A stretch of DNA of 10,033 nucleotides from Elainellaceae cyanobacterium (GTDB lineage: Bacteria > Cyanobacteriota > Cyanobacteriia > CAZCXK01), in assembly GCA_051117555.1 (NCBI GenBank), contig JBNPEG010000158.1, positions 1 to 10,033 on the forward strand, given 5' to 3'. Shown one piece after another: positions 1-7,171 of the stretch. The notes below the pieces were generated by a model. The model ran no database searches, had not been told where the DNA came from, and saw only the letters and a list, made by a program, of their open reading frames with translations. Position numbers and translations under genes: made by a program. Position 1 is the first letter of the stretch, and every line of letters starts with the position of its first letter.

Positions 1-747
1 ACGCTGCGATTACTAGAAGCAATTCGTGACTATCAACAACGCACCGGCATCGAAGTTCGCTATTACCAAGCCGGATCGTCTGAAATGTTTGGTAAAGTTC
101 AGGACGTTCCTCAAAAGGAAACAACTCCCTTTTATCCTCGCAGTCCTTATGCCTGTGCAAAAGTATATGCTCACTGGCAGACGGTGAACTATCGAGAATC
201 CTATGATTTGTTTGCATGTAATGGCATTCTCTTCAACCACGAGTCACCGCGGCGGGGAGAAACCTTTGTCACTCGGAAGATTACTCGTGCGATCGCCCGC
301 ATTGTTGCAGGTCGTCAGAGACGGATCTATCTCGGTAATCTAGATTCAAAACGGGACTGGGGATACGCAAAAGACTATGTGAAGGCGATGTGGTTAATGC
401 TCCAGCAGGATAGTCCTGACGACTATGTGATTGCGACTGGAGAGACCTATTCAGTGCGAGAATTTTTGGAGTTGGCATTCAAGCATGTCAATCTTAATTG
501 GGAAGAATATGTTGAATTTGACCCCCGGTATCTGCGCCCAGCAGAGGTCGATTTGCTAATCGGCGATCCGTCTAAAGCTAAGCAGAAATTGGGATGGGAA
601 CCCTCTGTTACCTTTGAGCAACTCGTCAATCTCATGGTTGATGCAGATCTCAATGCATTGGGAATTGGAATTGAAGCAGACGCTACATCTCAAGTCGAGA
701 TGGAAATGGCGACCGTTCGCCGAAGCATGTTGGGATCATTGACCTAA
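1..747 (+). CDS. gmd: GDP-mannose 4,6-dehydratase, 5'-partial (runs off the window edge)
   Basis: Frame is open from base 1 ([31 protein letters not shown]), so the ORF-track Met at 85 is internal. Motifs [12 protein letters not shown] (YxxxK), [38 protein letters not shown]. Lies directly upstream of fcl. Confidence 0.97.
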   Translation, partial: TLRLLEAIRDYQQRTGIEVRYYQAGSSEMFGKVQDVPQKETTPFYPRSPYACAKVYAHWQTVNYRESYDLFACNGILFNHESPRRGETFVTRKITRAIARIVAGRQRRIYLGNLDSKRDWGYAKDYVKAMWLMLQQDSPDDYVIATGETYSVREFLELAFKHVNLNWEEYVEFDPRYLRPAEVDLLIGDPSKAKQKLGWEPSVTFEQLVNLMVDADLNALGIGIEADATSQVEMEMATVRRSMLGSLT

Positions 748-798
748 TTTCGTATAACCATCATTTGCTAAGAGTCTCAATAAATCTAAGGGCATTAA

Positions 799-1773
<975 letters not shown>

Positions 1774-1783
1774 TCCAAGTTTC

Positions 1784-1813
1784 TATAGCCTTACGCTCTC
1801 GCGTTAGGGCTAT
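1784..1813. repeat. Short palindromic repeat; collapsed relative of the element at 7078-7171; possible stem-loop downstream of fcl
   Basis: TATAGCCTTACGCTCTCGCGTTAGGGC (1784-1810) matches TATCGCCTTACGCTCTTGCGCTAGGAC (7078-7104) at 23/27. Folds as ATAGCCTTACGC-TCTC-GCGTTAGGGCTAT with one bulge and one G-U pair. Confidence 0.7.
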
Positions 1814-1849
1814 CAATAGGCATGGTGTTTTCAGGAAAATAATGCCCGC

Positions 1850-1885
1850 AGGATTTATATCTTCTCCCTAGTGGACATAAATCCT
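1850..1885. repeat. Inverted repeat with a 9-bp perfect stem
   Basis: AGGATTTAT (1850-1858) and ATAAATCCT (1877-1885), 18-nt spacer. Confidence 0.5.
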
Positions 1886-1887
1886 AG

Positions 1888-1916
1888 TTGTGTTTTGAGG
1901 ATTGATCGGCTATTCT
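1888..1916 (+). promoter_or_regulatory. Putative sigma70-type promoter of tetR
   Basis: TTGTGT (1888-1893) - 17 nt - TATTCT (1911-1916). The predicted start site near 1922-1923 falls at the edge of the operator-like palindrome. Confidence 0.45.
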
Positions 1917-1922
1917 TGCAAA

Positions 1923-1938
1923 TAGACCGAACGGTTTC
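1923..1938. promoter_or_regulatory. Putative TetR operator 1 (NemR-box-like, autoregulatory)
   Basis: TAGACCGAACGGTTTC, an imperfect palindrome resembling the NemR box TAGACCnnnnGGTCTA, ending 5 nt before the tetR ATG. Confidence 0.75.
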
Positions 1939-1943
1939 TCAAA

Positions 1944-2549
1944 ATGTCCAAAGCCGAAGAGACGAAAGCCCGAATTATCCGGCATGCCGCCGACCTGTTC
2001 AACCAGCACGGTTATGCGGGGTCGTCGATGTCTGACATTATGCAGGCAACGGGTTTAAAGAAGGGGGGAATCTATAACCACTTCACTAGCAAAGATGAGC
2101 TGGCGATCGCCGCGTTTGATTTTGCTATCGAACAGGTCAGTCAGCGATATGGTCAGGCTGTGAGGGAAAAGCGAGGGGCGATCGCCCGCCTCAACGCTAT
2201 CATTCATGCCTTCTCTACCGCTCTGGATGAAGTTTCTTTGAAGGGAGGTTGTCCAATCCTCAACACCGCTATTGAAAGCGATGATACTCATCCGGCTCTG
2301 CGAGAGCGGACACAACGTGCCATGTATGATTGGCGGACGTTGATTCATCGCGTGGTGCAGAGGGGAATCGATCGGGGAGAAATTTTGCCGACGGTCAATC
2401 CAGATTGCGTGGCGACGATTTTAATTTCGACGCTAGAGGGAGCGCTGATGATGACCAAACTATATGGCGATCGCATTCATTTACAGCGAGCAGCAGAGCA
2501 TCTCAATCAGTATGTCAGCACGTTGCAATCGGCTCAACCAACACAGTAG
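1944..2549 (+). CDS. TetR/AcrR-family repressor, NemR/LmrA/YxaF-like
   Basis: N-terminal HTH (LFNQHGYAGSSMSDIMQATGLKKGGIYNHFTSKDEL); C-terminal GGCP, GEI and LEGALMMTK motifs typical of this subfamily. Confidence 0.93.
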   Translation: MSKAEETKARIIRHAADLFNQHGYAGSSMSDIMQATGLKKGGIYNHFTSKDELAIAAFDFAIEQVSQRYGQAVREKRGAIARLNAIIHAFSTALDEVSLKGGCPILNTAIESDDTHPALRERTQRAMYDWRTLIHRVVQRGIDRGEILPTVNPDCVATILISTLEGALMMTKLYGDRIHLQRAAEHLNQYVSTLQSAQPTQ

Positions 2550-2567
2550 GTTTTTTTTGACCCAAAA

Positions 2568-2583
2568 AAGACCAATCGGTCTT
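2568..2583. promoter_or_regulatory. Putative TetR operator 2, upstream of the GST gene
   Basis: AAGACCAATCGGTCTT: 7 of 8 palindromic pairs and the same AGACC-N4-GGT core as operator 1. Confidence 0.75.
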
Positions 2584-2629
2584 AAACTCTGTATCCTAAT
2601 TTGTGACAACACACCTTACCAGAGATATA

Positions 2630-3292
2630 ATGCTGACGTTTTACTACCATCCGCTATCGCCCGTCGCTCGTCGAGTCTGGATTGCGCTCCTCGAAAAGGG
2701 CATTCCTTTCCAGCCAGTTCTGGTTAACCTTAATGGAGACCAATTCAAGCCTGAGTTTCTGTCACTCAATCCATTCCACCATGTTCCGGTGGTGGTGGAT
2801 GGCAATTTGCGAATCATTGAATCTCTAGCAATCTTAGACTACTTGGAAGTCACATATCCGGCTCCGTCGCTAGTGCCTCACAATCCACAGGCGATCGCCA
2901 AAATGCGGATGGTGCAGATGGTGACAGCCAATGAACTTATGCCCAAACTGCCTACATTGGTCAAGGTGGGAGAACATCCTGAATCTGATCAGGCGATGAT
3001 TCAGCCCATCATGACCGTCCTTGATTTCTTGACTGAACAACTCGGCGACGCCGTTTACTTAGGTGGAGAGCACCTATCATTAGCCGATGTGACAGCAGGG
3101 GCAACGCTGCCATTGCTGCATCGCCTCGGAATTAGCTTTGCAAACTATCCGGCGATCGCCACCTGGTTTGACCGCATCATGGCGCGAGAAGCCTGGCAAC
3201 AAACAGAGCCGGATGACGATGCCTTCAACACCTGGAAACGCTGGATTGCATTGATGATCAAACGCCGACAACGGCAACTGTCACGGACCTGA
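2630..3292 (+). CDS. Glutathione S-transferase family protein
   Basis: MLTFYYHPLSPVARRVWIALLEKGIPF N-terminus, LNPFHHVPVVVDG (cis-Pro loop), IESLAILDYLE, LSLADV. ATG at 2630 is preferred over GTG at 2603 because the GST fold starts there. Confidence 0.92.
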   Translation: MLTFYYHPLSPVARRVWIALLEKGIPFQPVLVNLNGDQFKPEFLSLNPFHHVPVVVDGNLRIIESLAILDYLEVTYPAPSLVPHNPQAIAKMRMVQMVTANELMPKLPTLVKVGEHPESDQAMIQPIMTVLDFLTEQLGDAVYLGGEHLSLADVTAGATLPLLHRLGISFANYPAIATWFDRIMAREAWQQTEPDDDAFNTWKRWIALMIKRRQRQLSRT

Positions 3293-4663
3293 TTACGACA
3301 GCATTCCTTGGCTCCAACGCGTCTGAGATAGAGGCTGATGAGCTGAAACGTCATGTGCCTCCAAAATATACTCATTCGATTGCTTCACGCGGTCAACCCA
3401 ACCTTGATAGCGGTTGAGAATTGTAGAGTAGGGCAGCGTCGTTCCAGAGATTGAGTCGAGCAGAGAGGGGGCAACCAATGTGGGGAAACGATGATGCAAG
3501 AATGACTGGGCGCAGGTTTTCAGCAACAACTCAATCCATAATCGTCTTGAAATCGGTACGGTATAGTTGCTGAGTTGAAATAGCGCATCCGCATCGGGTT
3601 GGCGACGATAGCTAAATTGCGGAAGTACCTGAGCCCAATCATCGCCATACTCATCCAGCAGGCGATCGAGAATGGCGACATCTTCTAGTGATGAATTGCA
3701 GCCTTGCCCAATTAGTGGAGATATAGCATGAGCGGCATCTCCTAGAATGATGACGCGATCGCCCTGATGATAGCGATTGCAGCGGATTGCTGAAATCGTC
3801 GAGAAGGGCTTATTAAAGAAGGTTTCAGCTTCAGATAAGGTAATGAGCTGACCGGCAGATCCGATCTGCTGATGGAAGAACGCCAAAACATCGTGGGGAG
3901 TAGAAAGGCCAAGCAGCGGGTTATGATTTTTGTGAAATCCAATGCCGCAACTAAAAGAATTATCAGGTCGAGGAATTGCTGTAAATATGCTGAAAAGACT
4001 GAGTTTCCATATATGTGCATTCCGGGGTGCTATCCGAATCTCGTTGTGCTGTTCACCGAGTCGTAATGTCAATGTTTTATAGATCCAGGGAAGCCTCACT
4101 CGTTCCATTTCGAATCCTGGCGTCAGTTGCAACTGCTCTCGCACGGCTGAGTTGACGCCATCTGCACCAACAAGGACATCGTATGCCGTTTCAAACTGGG
4201 TTGAAGTAGAGTATTCATGATGCACGTGTTGAAATGTAACGGTTTGAGAGGTAAAGTCTGCTCTGACATATTTGCAATTGAAATGCAGCTTCAATCGACT
4301 TTCATCATAAATTTCGACCAACTTAGATAGCATCGCAATCACTAATGCATTACGATTGATACTCAAACGTTTTGATCGCTTTTGCATCGAGACTGTTTTA
4401 CCGTTCTTAAAATGAAGCACTCGCCCCCCACTCATAATCCCTTTGGCTCGTACGGCTGGCTCCAATCCCTTAATAGCGCTTAGAGCAGCGAGTCCGCGCT
4501 TACCAAGATTGATGCTATGACTTCTATGGGTGGGAAATTCAACGTGACGAGGATCGTCGCGGCGATCGTAAATTTCAACTTGGTAGTTAGCACTGCGTCG
4601 AAGTAGATAATGTGCCAGTAACACTCCACAGGGGCCTGCTCCGATGATGACAATCTTCTTCAT
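3293..4663 (-). CDS. FAD-dependent monooxygenase, kynurenine 3-monooxygenase-like (group A flavoprotein hydroxylase)
   Basis: IIGAGPCG (GxGxxG), DVLVGADGVNSAVR (DG motif), ILGDAAHAISPLIGQGCNSSLED (GD motif); AAGAGG RBS-like sequence upstream. Substrate not assignable. Confidence 0.88.
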   Translation of the reverse strand: MKKIVIIGAGPCGVLLAHYLLRRSANYQVEIYDRRDDPRHVEFPTHRSHSINLGKRGLAALSAIKGLEPAVRAKGIMSGGRVLHFKNGKTVSMQKRSKRLSINRNALVIAMLSKLVEIYDESRLKLHFNCKYVRADFTSQTVTFQHVHHEYSTSTQFETAYDVLVGADGVNSAVREQLQLTPGFEMERVRLPWIYKTLTLRLGEQHNEIRIAPRNAHIWKLSLFSIFTAIPRPDNSFSCGIGFHKNHNPLLGLSTPHDVLAFFHQQIGSAGQLITLSEAETFFNKPFSTISAIRCNRYHQGDRVIILGDAAHAISPLIGQGCNSSLEDVAILDRLLDEYGDDWAQVLPQFSYRRQPDADALFQLSNYTVPISRRLWIELLLKTCAQSFLHHRFPTLVAPSLLDSISGTTLPYSTILNRYQGWVDRVKQSNEYILEAHDVSAHQPLSQTRWSQGMLS

Positions 4664-4775
4664 GGGAAAACCTCTTACGTTCTATCTACTTCTTTTATAG
4701 GGCGAGAAGTAAATTGAATCGATACAGAAAAGTTAGGGAGTAAGACGTAGCAACGCTAAGATGCTTACCATTAGG

Positions 4776-5954
4776 TCATTCTCGCTCAATAGACTGGCTC
4801 AGGCCAGCATGAATGGCGATCGCCAAGATCACGGCACTGAAACAAAGTATGACAAAGTGAGATAAAAGGGGTTCGATGCTCGTCCCTTTCAGCAATAGAT
4901 GCCGAATCATCACCACATAGTGGCGCAGAGGATTAAGCTGAGAAACGTGCTGAAATAGCCGAGGCATACTTTCAATCGGGGTATAGGCCCCCGATAGTTG
5001 AATCATCGGTACAGTCAGGAAGAAAGATAGCAAATAAGCCTGTAAGAAATTCTGAGACAGGATGCCTAATAGCAACCCAATTCCTAGCCCAATGAGAATG
5101 AATAGTCCCGATGCGATCATCACCAGCGGAATACTGCCGCGAATGGGAAGATGAAAGGCAAGTCCGGCAAATCCGAGTGATAGGGCAACGACGAATAGCA
5201 TGAGAATGAACAGCGGCAACAGCTTACCAAGCAGCAGTTCCAAGGGGGTAATCGGCGTCATAATTAGCTGATCGAATGATCCCTGTTCCTTCTCGATCGT
5301 TATCGCTGTGGCAGCAGAGAGGACACTCACCCCAAGCAGAATGACCGTTAACACCCCCGGAATAAAATACCAACTGCTCACGAGTCCAGGATTATAGAGA
5401 ATCGTCGTGGACGGGGCGATCGCCCGAGTCCCTGCAACGGCAATGGGAGAACTTCCCGGTGGATGATAGGTCTCACTGTAGTGATTCACAAGTTGCTGCA
5501 CATACCCATTGAGAATCCCGGTTGTATTTGCATTCACGCCATCCATTAATACTTGAACTGTAGCGGTTTGGTTTTGAGCGGCTTGGTTTTGAAGCGATCG
5601 CTCAAAGTCTGGCGGAATCACTAATCCGGTGGCAATTCGTCCGTGTTCGATACTCTGCTCCAGGTGCGTCTGGCGTTGCAGGCTTGCTTCAAACGCAAAG
5701 ATCCGATTCTCGACAAAAGTAGAAATCAGTTCGCGACTAGCAGGGGTATTCGAATAATCCACGACTCCTAATTTGATATTTTGCACATCTGGATTGAGTG
5801 CCAGCCCATAGATGGCGATATACAGCAGCGGTGCCACGATAAAGATGAGAATCGTTTGACGGCTGCGAAACATGCGGGCGATATCATTGAGGGCGATCGC
5901 CCCGATGCCGCTCTCGAACCAGGCGATCGCGCGATGCCATTGATGCCAACTCAT
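4776..5954 (-). CDS. ABC-2 type exporter permease (YbhR-like)
   Basis: One N-terminal TM helix, a periplasmic domain (GVVDYSNT...DGVNANT), YNPGL, TIEKEQGSFDQLIMTP, LSGAYTPIESMP, LNPLRHYV. Start moved to ATG 5954, 4 nt after the upstream stop. Confidence 0.9.
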   Translation of the reverse strand: MSWHQWHRAIAWFESGIGAIALNDIARMFRSRQTILIFIVAPLLYIAIYGLALNPDVQNIKLGVVDYSNTPASRELISTFVENRIFAFEASLQRQTHLEQSIEHGRIATGLVIPPDFERSLQNQAAQNQTATVQVLMDGVNANTTGILNGYVQQLVNHYSETYHPPGSSPIAVAGTRAIAPSTTILYNPGLVSSWYFIPGVLTVILLGVSVLSAATAITIEKEQGSFDQLIMTPITPLELLLGKLLPLFILMLFVVALSLGFAGLAFHLPIRGSIPLVMIASGLFILIGLGIGLLLGILSQNFLQAYLLSFFLTVPMIQLSGAYTPIESMPRLFQHVSQLNPLRHYVVMIRHLLLKGTSIEPLLSHFVILCFSAVILAIAIHAGLSQSIERE

Positions 5955-5958
5955 AAGT

Positions 5959-7062
5959 CTATTCCTCCAACTGCATGTGACGGAGCCGTTTCCACGCCAG
6001 AAAAAACAAAATGCCATTGATCAGCAGTAAGATCAGCAGTGCCATCCAAACCCGTGACCAACCGGCTCCGACCAAAAACGCATCGCGAGTCAGTTCGATG
6101 TAGTAGCGGGCTGCCACCGTTCTTGACGCCAGCGACAGTGGGAACGGAATATTTTCAACGGGATAGATGAAACCCGATAGCCAGACTGCGGATAGGAAGC
6201 CGGTATTCATCACGTTTTGAATGGCAGCGATCGCCCGTTTCGCACGAACACCCATCAGCAACCCAAATAAAATACTGCCGATTAGATAGAGAACTGTTCC
6301 CACCAACAGAGGGATCGGACTTCCCACCAGCCAGACTCCAAACAGTCCGGCGCCAATGCCCATCAGCAAGGCAGCCTGACCGACGCCTACGATGAAATAC
6401 GCCAAACATTTTCCGAGTAGGAATTCGGCAGCACCTAAATCAGACGCACAGACTTGGACAAACGTCCCCTGATCCCTCTCGCGGACAAACGCCATCGCGG
6501 CAAGGACTGCCGGATAGGTAAACAGAACCACCGCATAGACTCCCGGCACGATGTACAAGACTTCTCGCCGTCCTGGATTGAACCAGATGCGCACCTGAGC
6601 CACGACTCTAGCCACGGCAGAGGCTGGATTGGTACGCGCCACAAACGATTGCGTCACCGCCCGAATCGTATTTTGGATCACCCGTGCATTGTTGACATCG
6701 GTTCCATCCAGCACGACTTGAATTTCACCCATGCGTCCCGCCTGCACGTCGCGACTAAACGTACTGGGAATTATGATCGCGGCTTTTGCCAGCCCTCGAT
6801 CGATGGCCTCAATGGGAGCACGATTTCCCACTTGCACAGGCTGAAATTGGTTCGTTGCAAACACCTGTTCGATATAGGAGCGACTGAGGGGACTGTGCTC
6901 ATAGTCCATTACCACCAGGGGCACGTCTTTGATTTCTAACCGAACGGCAAACCCGAAAATTAACAGCGTCATCACGGGAAGCAAAAAAGCGAGTGCGGCT
7001 GCCAGGCGATCGCGCTGAAACTGGGCTAATTCTTTTTGGCACTGTGCCCAAATTCGATCCAT
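5959..7062 (-). CDS. ABC-2 type exporter permease (YbhS-like)
   Basis: MDRIWAQCQKELAQFQRD, WFNPG, VRERDQGT, LSGFIYPVENIP. Start moved to ATG 7062, which has a GAGGA RBS upstream; the ORF-track start at 7170 lies inside the repeat element. Confidence 0.9.
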   Translation of the reverse strand: MDRIWAQCQKELAQFQRDRLAAALAFLLPVMTLLIFGFAVRLEIKDVPLVVMDYEHSPLSRSYIEQVFATNQFQPVQVGNRAPIEAIDRGLAKAAIIIPSTFSRDVQAGRMGEIQVVLDGTDVNNARVIQNTIRAVTQSFVARTNPASAVARVVAQVRIWFNPGRREVLYIVPGVYAVVLFTYPAVLAAMAFVRERDQGTFVQVCASDLGAAEFLLGKCLAYFIVGVGQAALLMGIGAGLFGVWLVGSPIPLLVGTVLYLIGSILFGLLMGVRAKRAIAAIQNVMNTGFLSAVWLSGFIYPVENIPFPLSLASRTVAARYYIELTRDAFLVGAGWSRVWMALLILLLINGILFFLAWKRLRHMQLEE

Positions 7063-7077
7063 GATTGGTTTCCTCGT

Positions 7078-7171
7078 TATCGCCTTACGCTCTTGCGCTA
7101 GGACGCTGAACGTGTGGTGAACTCGCACGGCGCGCAGGTTCACCACACAAACCTGAGCCCGTAGGGCCATA
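7078..7171. mobile_element. 94-bp MITE-like palindromic element with TA at both ends
   Basis: Terminal inverted repeats TATCGCCTTACG / CGTAGGGCCATA (10/12); internal perfect 11-bp IR GTGTGGTGAAC (7112-7122) / GTTCACCACAC (7138-7148). Removing it restores an in-frame TAA. A related copy lies at 1784. Confidence 0.75.

Noticed and set aside
2551..2569. T8 tract and TTTTTTG-ACC-CAAAAAA as a terminator or phase-variation site
   Set aside because: No GC-rich stem precedes the T tract, the stem is almost all A-T, and it is non-coding.
3293..4663. Monooxygenase as a foreign island (looks more AT-rich, one HIP1)
   Set aside because: gmd also has only one HIP1 in view, GC content was not computed, and there are no flanking mobility signs.
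4715..4765. NtcA box upstream of the monooxygenase
   Set aside because: No GTA-N8-TAC with correct spacing was found.
7063..7170. N-terminal extensions of the permeases in the ORF track (starts 7170 and 6017)
   Set aside because: They overlap upstream genes; the 7170 start is inside the MITE-like element. ATG 7062 and ATG 5954 fit better.
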